From: an uncultured delta proteobacterium
GTDB taxonomy: Bacteria > Myxococcota > B64-G9
Length of the DNA stretch: 64,000 bases
Direction of reading: 5' to 3'
Assembly (NCBI GenBank): GCA_963754925.1
Contig: CAVWHX010000003.1
Span: forward strand, 320,001 to 384,000
The notes under the pieces were generated by a model. That model was not told the DNA's origin. It saw only the letters and a list, made by a program, of their open reading frames with translations, and ran no database searches. This document shows, in pieces, positions 41,737-50,697 of this stretch. The stretch's first letter is position 1. The number at the start of each line of letters is the position of its first letter. A program made the position numbers and the translations under genes.

Positions 41737-43899
41737 ATGAAGCTCAATCTTACCGCTAGGGATTTTCTGAAGCAGGTCAATGATTTTTTAAATGAAACCG
41801 GAACCGGATATCCGGGAATGAATATCAAAGTGAAGGATTTCATGCGGGCAGATCCCATTGCTTTGAAAGGAGATGCCAAGCTGTCCGATGCCATAAAAAT
41901 AATCGCTGAAAATAATATAGATACCGTGCCAATTGTTGATAACAACAGTGTCATTATCGGCGTCGTCACCCAGAAACTGGCCTTAAGAGAAATCAATAAG
42001 GGAGGCGCCCTGAGTACCTGCGTTCGCGATGTGATGAAAATCAATCCAGAGGTTACAACGCCTCAAGAGAACATTCTTCCTTTGCTTAAAATCCCCATCG
42101 GCAGCCTCCCCGTTGTGGAAGACGGACGAATTGCCGGCCTTGTTACCCTTTCGGATACCGTCCGGGCCTGCTTCAGTTCCGTGCTCATGCTGCATGAAGA
42201 ATTGCAGACGGTTCTCCAATCCGCCCATAGCGGTATTATCTCTGTCGATAAAGATCTTCATATCCAGATTATCAATGCCGCCGGAAAGCGAATGTTGAAT
42301 CTATCAACTAAAAACATCGTGGGACAGTCCATACCGAATATTGATCTGGCCCTGAAAATGAAGGACGTCATGGATACAGGCCAGACCGTATTCGGCGACA
42401 AGCTTTTTTTTCATGACAGAATTCTGATAACCAACATCAGTCAATTAAGGCATAAAAATGAAGCAGTCGGCGCCGTCGCCATTATCCAGGATATTTCTGA
42501 TTTTGAAAACATATCGGAAGAATTGAAATATACGAAAGAATTGAAAGGGGAACTGGATACCATCATCGAATCGTCCTTTGACGGCATCTACCTGACGGAC
42601 AATTTTGGAAAAATTCTACGTATAAACGATGCATTTGTGCGGATCACGGGCATTAAAAAAGAAGAATTGATCCAAAAAACCATGAAGGAGCTCTTTGAGG
42701 GCGGCATATTCAAACAGGATATCCCCCTCCTTGATATTCTCAAGGGCGAGCCCATCACCATTTCACAAGAAGTCAACACCGGAAAAACCATCCTGGTGAC
42801 GAGCAGTCCGATTCCGGACGATCATAGCAATATTATTCGGATTGTGCATAATGTCCGCGACATAACGGAGTTAAACCGTCTCAAAAAACAGCTGGAGAAG
42901 GCTGAAAACGAAAGTCAACATTATAAAGAACAATTGCAGATCATGAAATCAAACAAATACATCGCCAAATCGCAGAAATCAAAAGACTTGATCAAGCTTG
43001 TCCTAAATCTCAGCAAAATAGATGTGACGGTACTACTCCTCGGCGAATCGGGCGTCGGCAAGGATGTCATTGCCGAGATGCTCCACGAAAATAGTCTCAG
43101 AAAAGAAAGGCCCATGATTGCTATTAATTGTGCTGCAATTCCCGAGAATCTCATGGAATCGGAGCTATTCGGATACGAACCAGGCGCGTTTACTGGTGCA
43201 AACAAAAAAGGAAAAAACGGCGCGTTTGAAACGGCAAATGGCGGAACGATTTTTTTGGACGAAATCGGTGAAATGCCTCTGGCACTGCAATCTAAGCTCT
43301 TACGGACGATTCAAAAAAAAGAAATCGTAAAACTGGGAGGGAATACGCTTACGAAAATCGATGTCCGCATCATCGCCGCCACCAATCGCGACCTCTGGGA
43401 CATGGTGACGCAGAACCTTTTCCGTAAAGATCTTTTTTATCGGCTGAATGTCATGCCGATCACGATTCCTCCTCTGCGGGAAAGAAAAGAGGAAATTCCT
43501 GATTTAGTCTTTCATTTTACCCAACTGTTCAATAAGAAATATGACCTGAACAAGCGTTTCGATGAAAGAATCTTTCCTGAATTATTGAAATATGATTGGC
43601 CCGGTAACATACGAGAACTAGAGAACATTGTTGAACGAAGTATGATTACCTGTCCCGATGACTTGATTGATCATATAGAACTTGCTGATTTTAACGGTAA
43701 TGAGTCCCAAAATGACCTACCGGACTATATCCAGGAAATGAAATATAAACCTGCCGTAGAGCATTTTGAAAAAGGAATCATTCTCAATGCCTTGCGGGAA
43801 TTCGGTACGACGAGAAAGGCCGCCGCCCATTTGGGAATCAGCCAATCGGCTCTCGTGCGTAAGGTGGCAAAATACAAGCTGACTTACAACCACACCTAA
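41737..43899 (+). CDS. Sigma54-dependent activator (CBS pair, two PAS, AAA+, HTH)
   Basis: GESGVGKD, ESELFG, GAFTGA, FLDEIGE, WPGNIREL and a C-terminal HTH. Confidence 0.95.
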   Translation: MKLNLTARDFLKQVNDFLNETGTGYPGMNIKVKDFMRADPIALKGDAKLSDAIKIIAENNIDTVPIVDNNSVIIGVVTQKLALREINKGGALSTCVRDVMKINPEVTTPQENILPLLKIPIGSLPVVEDGRIAGLVTLSDTVRACFSSVLMLHEELQTVLQSAHSGIISVDKDLHIQIINAAGKRMLNLSTKNIVGQSIPNIDLALKMKDVMDTGQTVFGDKLFFHDRILITNISQLRHKNEAVGAVAIIQDISDFENISEELKYTKELKGELDTIIESSFDGIYLTDNFGKILRINDAFVRITGIKKEELIQKTMKELFEGGIFKQDIPLLDILKGEPITISQEVNTGKTILVTSSPIPDDHSNIIRIVHNVRDITELNRLKKQLEKAENESQHYKEQLQIMKSNKYIAKSQKSKDLIKLVLNLSKIDVTVLLLGESGVGKDVIAEMLHENSLRKERPMIAINCAAIPENLMESELFGYEPGAFTGANKKGKNGAFETANGGTIFLDEIGEMPLALQSKLLRTIQKKEIVKLGGNTLTKIDVRIIAATNRDLWDMVTQNLFRKDLFYRLNVMPITIPPLRERKEEIPDLVFHFTQLFNKKYDLNKRFDERIFPELLKYDWPGNIRELENIVERSMITCPDDLIDHIELADFNGNESQNDLPDYIQEMKYKPAVEHFEKGIILNALREFGTTRKAAAHLGISQSALVRKVAKYKLTYNHT

Positions 43900-44010
43900 C
43901 GGACGGTTGCATGATTGAAAACTCTTGATTGACTATACTTTCCCGTTTGCTCACATCAAATGGGAATAAGATAGCGGAAGATTCGAACCGCATAGAATGA
44001 TTAATGACCT

Positions 44011-44574
44011 TCATTCTGTTTCAATAACAAATTCATGATAGGGAGCTCCAGTGTGCATACATTGGGTCTCCTGAATCTTTATTACCTTGTACCCTAGGCC
44101 CTTCATAGTTGTGGACATCCACCCTTCCAACAAACGGCAATGGTTTACGTTCATTTCCGGGAAGTCATTAAGACGATACACTGTTTTTTTGGGCGAATAA
44201 CTTACGACGACAAATTCACCGGCATTTCGATAATATCTCGACCAAATGATACCGCAATTACGGATAAACCGTTCGGGGTTTTCAATCGACTTATATACCA
44301 CAAAAGTCGATTCCAGGTCCTTCTCTCCGGAGAGCTCTCCCAGGATACGGCAATAATTGGGATCACCCTTGCCAAATCGGGCTTGCACGGCCTCGAGAAG
44401 TCGGCCGAACGCTGCATAGGGATACCATTCTAACAATGCAATTTTTTCTGAAAATAATTCCTTGGTCGACTCACCAGCTGTGGTGACGATCTCGTCGACC
44501 ACCTTGTCGCCATATTTCGCCTTAATGTAGGCAATCACCCCCAAAAAAGCTTTCCCCGATGCTTCTGCTGCCAT
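44011..44574 (-). CDS. DUF2378/V4R-like hypothetical protein
   Basis: WYP motif, LEGW and terminal ETQCMHTGAPYHEF (V4R-like). Confidence 0.6.
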   Translation of the reverse strand: MAAEASGKAFLGVIAYIKAKYGDKVVDEIVTTAGESTKELFSEKIALLEWYPYAAFGRLLEAVQARFGKGDPNYCRILGELSGEKDLESTFVVYKSIENPERFIRNCGIIWSRYYRNAGEFVVVSYSPKKTVYRLNDFPEMNVNHCRLLEGWMSTTMKGLGYKVIKIQETQCMHTGAPYHEFVIETE

Positions 44575-44751
44575 AATTTTATTCCTTATATAAGGATAAC
44601 AACCTCGTGTTCAGACCTTTATTTTAGTCGTTCATCATCAGGTTGGCAAGAATCAAGTCAGGCGGGACCTGTCGCCAAAGGTGGCGTTTTTCGCTCATGT
44701 CGATCAGATTCAGGAAGCCAACGAGCGAATCGGAAAGGAAGTCGAAATACG

Positions 44752-47700
44752 TCAGTTGGATTCTTTACCGCGCAAGTGGTTGATGAGCTGCTGGCTTACC
44801 AATGGCACCACGTCCCGCACCATATGCGGCATGAGGTTGCCCATGACCTTGGGCATTATCTCCGGCATCTGCTCGAGCATGTAGCCCGGCATGGGCACCA
44901 ACTTTGCGACCCGTTCGAGAATCGCCGGCATGAGCTTCGGCATCATCAGGGGCAACAGTCTCGGAAACAGGAACGGAAAGAGCGGTTTCATAAGCGACAG
45001 CACGCCCGGTATCTTGCCGAAAAAGCGCATCATACCGCCCATCCCAAAGGGCATGGCAGCCACCATCTCCGGCCACATGCTGGCCATCAACCCGGCAAAA
45101 CCTTGGGGGGTCATCAGGGCGATCATGGCCTCGAACACCGCCCATTGTTTTTTTACCTCAGGATTCGGGTCGGGAAAGGTATACCCCAACGCCGACGCTG
45201 CGTAACGCGCCAGGTCCACCACTTCAAGGGGCATATTTTTCTTATCGGCCGAGACGCGTAGCTGAAATTCACAACACGGACAGAGCGCCAGCACCTTCTT
45301 GACGCCGGCCGTAACGGCCTCATCCAGCCGAATCTTGCCAACTTCGTGAGCCACGAGCGGGTCCTTTATCAACGTGAGAACGCTTCCGCAGCAGTGACCG
45401 CGCTCGCGATTGTGGCTCATTTCAACGAGCTGGGTGTTCGGAACCGCCCGGATAAGTTCCCGTGGCGGTTCATACACGCCGGAAGCTCTGCCGATATGAC
45501 AGGAATCATGCCAGGTCACGACTTCGGACGCGCCTTGTTTGGCGGGAAACGTGAACTCCCCCGAACGGATTTTCTCGCTCACCACTTCGCTGTAATGCTT
45601 GGTCGTTATCCCAAACTCGAGGCCCAATTTCTTCGCCCAGGCAGGGTAGACATGCCGCCACATCATGTCGCACGCCGGACACGAGGTCACCACCGTATCG
45701 GCGCCCGCCTCTTTCACGGCCTGGATGTTCTTGCGCAGGGTGGCTTCGAATAACTTCCACTTACCCGCTACCAGTATGGGAGTGCCGCAGCAGCTTTCTT
45801 TCTCGCCCAAGTAACTGAAATCCATCCCGGCCGCATCAAGAAGACGAATGCTGGCCATGCCGATGTCGTGCTCGACATAACTGGCGGTGCATCCGGCAAA
45901 GTAGACGGTTTTGGATTTGTGCTGGGGCCCGTGTTTTTCTAAGAGATCGGGGCAAAACCAGTTGGATCGATCTTTACGGTAACCCGCCCAAATGTCCCCC
46001 TCCTTCTTCAGTGCCTCGGCCATCATCTCAAAGGGAGGAAACGTCATCATGCCCTTTTCTTGAATCAACAAGCCACGCAGCTTCATCCAGGACGGTTCAA
46101 TCGGTAGAGCAGCCGAGCAGCGCAGATTGCACAACTCACAGGTGGTGCAAACCAGAAAGGTGTCCACCATAAACTGATTCCATTCCGCGCGACCCTCCAG
46201 GTACTCTCTGAGCCAATACCACTTGCCGCGAGGGGTTTGGCTCTCCCAGCCGCGCCCGTAGAACTGGTCGCACTCCTCGATGCAATAGCCGCATTGCGAA
46301 CAACCGTAGGCATACCAGACCACATCGGCGGGAATATCCCGCTTGGCTTTTTCCGGTCTCTCGCCGATTTTGGATATCACCTGATTGCCGAACGGTCGTA
46401 TCAGGGGTTCGAACACCCCAGCCACGCTGAGGGCGGTCCCAACCGTGCGGTTGCGGATGACTTTGCCGGGATTCAAAATGCCCCGGGGGTCGGTTTCCTG
46501 CTTGAAAGACTTCAACCGACGAAGTCGTTCCTCCCCGAGCACCTCCTTGGCCTTTCCCGCAAAATAAATACCGGTGGCGTAGGGCCTGCCGCCGTTTTTC
46601 TCGGCGATTTTCAAAATGGTCAGCACCAGACTAAACACAAAGTTATACTTGAATTTTCGCTGATCGCTGGGGATGAATCCCAGAATCACGACCTCCGGTT
46701 GGCCGGTAAGGCCGTTCCGTATGACCACGCCCTCCTTGACCACGGGTTGATGCACCTTTCTCTCAATTTGCGTCAACACATCACCCAAGGCGGTCAACGG
46801 GATCACCACCTCGGCCGGAACGAGGCTAGGTCCGAGGCGCTTGACCACCATCAGTTTGAAGCGATGTTTCCATTCATGCTGGGCGATGCGATCGTCCAAG
46901 ATCTCTCCCTCGCAGGGTTTGAGAATATCGTTCATCTTGGATCTAATGCTCTGGCTGTCTTTCTTCCTATACGCCAAAACCGTAATGTACGCGGCGGGCA
47001 GCAACACGCGTTCTTCTATCGGGTGGCCGTTATGCTCCATCAACGGTGCCCGATTTTTCATCTCGGCCATGCGCGGATTGATAAAGACCAACGACCAGAT
47101 GGGCAGCTTCTCGCTGATCATGCTTTGAACCATCCGCTGAACGTCGTAGGGATTGGGACAACCAACGGCCAGCAAGTCCAAGTCTTCCTTGGGCTGTACC
47201 CGCAGGGTTACCTCGCTGATCAAACCCGTGATTCCCTCGGCGTCTGCTATCAATCCCAGCTCGTTGCCGCCAAATTCGCGAACGTTTCCATTTGGCAGGA
47301 TCACCCGGGCCCCGACGACATTGTTGCTAAACCAACCAGCTTCGTAAGACCCAATGCCAGCGCCACCCTGAGCCAGCCAGCCGCCGACCGTGGAAGCAGG
47401 ATAGCTGGTCGGATACAGGCGCAAGGTGAGATGGTGCCGTTCGAGCGCCTGATCCAGCTTCTCCCACACTACCCCCGACTGAACCGTGGCCGTTTGAGCC
47501 TCAGTATCGACTCGAAGAACTTGATTCATGCGATAGAAATCAACGACGATGCCTTTGTTGATTGGCAGCACCCCGCCATAACCGGAGGATCCCTTTCCTC
47601 GCGGCGTCAACGGAACCCGGTGCGCGGCCGCCCACTGAACCAGGGCAACCAATTCCTCCTCTGTTTGCGGCTGGACCACGGCGTCAGGCGTCGTATCGCC

Positions 47701-47832
47701 TATCAAGGGCCTTACCAAACTTGGTACGGCCGCAATGTCGTGACTATAGAGTACGCGCTCGGTTTTGCTAAAATTAGCCCGGTTGCCGAAGCGCTCCTCA
47801 AGAAACGATCGGAGTTTTTGCTCGCTCATCAC
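44752..47832 (-). CDS. FAD-linked oxidase fused to Fe-S/CCG domains (GlcD-GlcF/lactate-dehydrogenase-like)
   Basis: PRGKGSS, STVGGW, EGITG, DPRGILNPGK; two CxxCxxCxxxC motifs; CCG motifs; Met/Pro-rich C-terminal tail. Confidence 0.88.
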   Translation of the reverse strand: MMSEQKLRSFLEERFGNRANFSKTERVLYSHDIAAVPSLVRPLIGDTTPDAVVQPQTEEELVALVQWAAAHRVPLTPRGKGSSGYGGVLPINKGIVVDFYRMNQVLRVDTEAQTATVQSGVVWEKLDQALERHHLTLRLYPTSYPASTVGGWLAQGGAGIGSYEAGWFSNNVVGARVILPNGNVREFGGNELGLIADAEGITGLISEVTLRVQPKEDLDLLAVGCPNPYDVQRMVQSMISEKLPIWSLVFINPRMAEMKNRAPLMEHNGHPIEERVLLPAAYITVLAYRKKDSQSIRSKMNDILKPCEGEILDDRIAQHEWKHRFKLMVVKRLGPSLVPAEVVIPLTALGDVLTQIERKVHQPVVKEGVVIRNGLTGQPEVVILGFIPSDQRKFKYNFVFSLVLTILKIAEKNGGRPYATGIYFAGKAKEVLGEERLRRLKSFKQETDPRGILNPGKVIRNRTVGTALSVAGVFEPLIRPFGNQVISKIGERPEKAKRDIPADVVWYAYGCSQCGYCIEECDQFYGRGWESQTPRGKWYWLREYLEGRAEWNQFMVDTFLVCTTCELCNLRCSAALPIEPSWMKLRGLLIQEKGMMTFPPFEMMAEALKKEGDIWAGYRKDRSNWFCPDLLEKHGPQHKSKTVYFAGCTASYVEHDIGMASIRLLDAAGMDFSYLGEKESCCGTPILVAGKWKLFEATLRKNIQAVKEAGADTVVTSCPACDMMWRHVYPAWAKKLGLEFGITTKHYSEVVSEKIRSGEFTFPAKQGASEVVTWHDSCHIGRASGVYEPPRELIRAVPNTQLVEMSHNRERGHCCGSVLTLIKDPLVAHEVGKIRLDEAVTAGVKKVLALCPCCEFQLRVSADKKNMPLEVVDLARYAASALGYTFPDPNPEVKKQWAVFEAMIALMTPQGFAGLMASMWPEMVAAMPFGMGGMMRFFGKIPGVLSLMKPLFPFLFPRLLPLMMPKLMPAILERVAKLVPMPGYMLEQMPEIMPKVMGNLMPHMVRDVVPLVSQQLINHLRGKESN

Positions 47833-47947
47833 TACTCCTAACTTCGTCGACAGGTCGTTCGGGGTTCAAAAATGTTTTTAGGAAAAATTGCCCCGCCTAA
47901 CGTAAACGACGTTAGGCTTAGCATCTAGGCCATGTTTCAAGCATATA

Positions 47948-48002
47948 ATAATAGGAAGTTTATTATAATTGTCAATAGCAAAATTTGCTAATGACAATTA
48001 TA
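47948..48002 (-). promoter_or_regulatory. Probable sigma70 promoter overlapped by a 39-bp palindromic operator
   Basis: Minus strand TTGACA (47975-47970), 16 nt, TATTAT; palindrome at 47964-48002. Confidence 0.55.
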
Positions 48003-48033
48003 TGTCGGGACCGTTCTTTTATGGAGTTATGCC

Positions 48034-48249
48034 TCATCTAACTCTTTTCTGTGTCCCTCCACGATCTCGAAGAAAGGCCTGGCAGCTGCGATCCCAAAGC
48101 GCCTCTCCTTCCGTACTGAAGAAGCAGCCAGGGATCTCACCACTCCTGCGGTGATAAAGGATACAGGCGCAGCAGTGGCCCCGGCGCTGGCAGGAGGCGT
48201 AGGTGCAGGTGCATTCCTTGAGATTTACATCCAACGTACATTCCTTCAT
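48034..48249 (-). CDS. Small Cys-rich protein (DUF6485-like)
   Basis: CTCTY..C.RRG.CC.C..YH....EIPGCFF pattern; RBS GAGGGAG. Confidence 0.75.
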   Translation of the reverse strand: MKECTLDVNLKECTCTYASCQRRGHCCACILYHRRSGEIPGCFFSTEGEALWDRSCQAFLRDRGGTQKRVR

Positions 48250-48370
48250 GTCTCCCTCTCGAATTCCTTAATACCGGCCAAGGATTTTCACATTGAATCA
48301 TAAGTGAAGTCAACCCAAGACGATATAAGTATTATTTTATCTCTCGGGGAGTGGATCACCCCGAGGAACA

Positions 48371-48527
48371 GGCACTGGGTCAGTTAGGGGCTGACGGGTA
48401 TTCGTCGAACGACACGCGACCGAAACATCATTAACCACCTATGATTATAGTGTTCGCTAAGTAAATGCAACCTGGGTGTAGACGGTCGCCTGCCGAACAC
48501 CCATCAGCCCCTAACTGACCCAGTACC
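48371..48527. mobile_element. 157-bp MITE with 34-bp terminal inverted repeats and an 8-bp TSD
   Basis: TIR GGCACTGGGTCAGTTAGGGGCTGACGGGTATTCG matches the right end at 31/34; GAGGAACA is directly repeated at 48363-48370 and 48528-48535. Confidence 0.88.
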
Positions 48528-48618
48528 GAGGAACAGATCCCTTTGACTTCGCCATTAAAATTCAGGAGAATACAGTTTCCGTTCCGTTTCCCGTCAGGAG
48601 AAGAGGACTATACGTCGA

Positions 48619-50592
48619 ATGATCCGGTTCTTCCGGCAAAACGTCGCGCGAAAAATTGCTTTTGTTGTAGGAACCTCCTGCGCGTTGATAACTCTGCTCG
48701 GGCTTATCTGGATGATTGAGCTGTTTCGCGCCGATGTTATCGACTATGCCCATCAGTCGTTCGAGAGCGTTGTTCGCGCTATGGAGGCAGGCTTCTCGTC
48801 AATTGATCAGGAGACCAAAACCCACCCTATCCCGCGTCTTCTTAATGACCTGTCTTCCCAAGAGGGAATCGAGGCCATCCGAGTATTTGATACCAACGGT
48901 AAGATTGTTTGGTCGCAGCAAATTGACGAGCCCGGTCAATACATTTCGCCCGAGCTCTTAGCCGAGTTTCGCAGCGGCCGCGGTGTGTTCCACGAGAGCG
49001 GCAGCCCGTTCAAATTAGGGAGCCTGCGACAGGTGCACACACGCTCCAACTGCGTCAGTTGCCATGGAGAACAGGGTGCGACGCCCGGAAGCCTCGTCGG
49101 CGGCATCTATATCGAGGCAAGCTACGTCCAGCTCAATGAAAAGGTCACCAGCTACTGGCGCTGGCAGATCGTCTCATCCCTGCTGTTGGTCGGTTTTGTG
49201 ACGGTGATGATCCTCCTCATCGTGCGCAGTTTCGTCGGACATCCTATCGAACAGCTCGGCCGTGCCATCGAAATCGCCAAAAAAGGAAACTACCAAGTCC
49301 GGGTCCAGATCGGAAGCGAAGACGAGCTCGGCAATCTTGGAAAGGAGTTCAACGACCTTCTCGTTCACCTCAACGAATTCCAGGCGTCCAAACGCACTAT
49401 CGACGTCGAACTCACCCTTGCCCAGAAAGAGCTCCAGTTCCAAGCCGAGTTGCAGGAGAAAAACCGCATTATCGAGGAAACCAACCTCAAACTAACCAAC
49501 CGGCTTGACGAACTGGCGCTGCTGTTTGACCTTAACCAAGCTCTGACCTCAACCTTGGATCTGGAACAGGTGCTCAATCTATTCAGTGAGATGATCGGGC
49601 AGACGCTCGGGTTCGAGGAGTTTACCATAGCGCTCCTCGACGAACGCCGGGAGCGCCTTGAAATCCGCCTGGACTATGGGTTGCAGGGTGCGCCTTCAAC
49701 CGTCGGAACGACCATCGACCCTCGACAGGGCCGTTTCTGCGAGGCGATTCGAACCGGCCGCTCCGTTCTGATCAACGACCTCTCCAGCGTGCCGCGCGAG
49801 GGAAACGACGTGCTGCTGCTGCCGGAAAAAGGTTCTTTTCTCGGACTACCCATCCGCTACAAGGATCGTATTATGGGGTTGCTGGCGTTTGGCCGGCCCC
49901 AAAATGACGCCTTTTCACCGGACGACACCAAGCTGCTCAACTCCGTGACCCAGCAGGCAGCGATGGCGATCCTGAATGCCCAGCTCTATCAAGAAAAACT
50001 CGACCTGAGCATTACCGACGAGCTGACGAAATTAGCCAATCGGCGGCACCTGCAAACCCGCCTCGAGCTTGAGTGGAACCGCGCCCACCGATTCGGGAGC
50101 CCGCTGTCCTTCCTGATGATCGATATCGACGAGTTCAAGCGCTACAACGACGTCAACGGTCATCTACTCGGAGACCAGGTTCTCGAAGGCGTCGCACAGG
50201 TGCTCAAGGCAAACACGCGCAAGGTCGATACGGTGGCGCGATTTGGCGGCGAAGAATTCGTGGTCATTCTGCCCGAGCAGAATAAGGAGTCGTCTTCCGG
50301 GGTGGCCGAAAAATTGCGTAAAGCCGTGGCCCGCACCCGATTCTCGCGCATGCAGAGCCAACCGACGGGCCACATCAGTGTCTCGATTGGGGTGGCCACG
50401 TATCCCGACGATGGCGAAGATCCCAAACTCGTCCTGGACCGCAGCGATCTGGCGCTCTATGTCGCCAAGCGCAGCGGCCGTAATCGGGTGGTCACCTATC
50501 AGCAATATATGGAGGACATTGACAAAGAGCGTCGCAAGGCTATGGCCGAACGAGCGCTCAAACGCCGGCACCGGCCTGCCGATCAAGCATGA
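48619..50592 (+). CDS. Diguanylate cyclase (TM, periplasmic CxxCH sensor, TM, HAMP, GAF, GGDEF)
   Basis: CVSCH between two TMs, SEDELG HAMP, DIDEFKRYNDVNGHLLGD, RKVD I-site, RFGGEEF. Confidence 0.93.
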   Translation: MIRFFRQNVARKIAFVVGTSCALITLLGLIWMIELFRADVIDYAHQSFESVVRAMEAGFSSIDQETKTHPIPRLLNDLSSQEGIEAIRVFDTNGKIVWSQQIDEPGQYISPELLAEFRSGRGVFHESGSPFKLGSLRQVHTRSNCVSCHGEQGATPGSLVGGIYIEASYVQLNEKVTSYWRWQIVSSLLLVGFVTVMILLIVRSFVGHPIEQLGRAIEIAKKGNYQVRVQIGSEDELGNLGKEFNDLLVHLNEFQASKRTIDVELTLAQKELQFQAELQEKNRIIEETNLKLTNRLDELALLFDLNQALTSTLDLEQVLNLFSEMIGQTLGFEEFTIALLDERRERLEIRLDYGLQGAPSTVGTTIDPRQGRFCEAIRTGRSVLINDLSSVPREGNDVLLLPEKGSFLGLPIRYKDRIMGLLAFGRPQNDAFSPDDTKLLNSVTQQAAMAILNAQLYQEKLDLSITDELTKLANRRHLQTRLELEWNRAHRFGSPLSFLMIDIDEFKRYNDVNGHLLGDQVLEGVAQVLKANTRKVDTVARFGGEEFVVILPEQNKESSSGVAEKLRKAVARTRFSRMQSQPTGHISVSIGVATYPDDGEDPKLVLDRSDLALYVAKRSGRNRVVTYQQYMEDIDKERRKAMAERALKRRHRPADQA

Positions 50593-50697
50593 TCATTTTT
50601 TTGGTGCATGAGACCGCCGGAGGATATATACCATTACTTCCTAAAAGTGGGTTTTTGGATTAATTGGCCATGATCAGCAATCGGAAGGAGCTCCTCA

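Noticed and set aside
46237..47841. Long antisense ORFs (also 33326-34480, 12670-13560, 39751-40554, 13981-14793)
   Set aside because: They are shadows of well-supported genes on the opposite strand in GC-rich coding DNA.
47895..47917. GCCTAAC...GTTAGGC as an attC site
   Set aside because: Only 9 nt between the boxes and no L boxes; treated as a simple palindrome.
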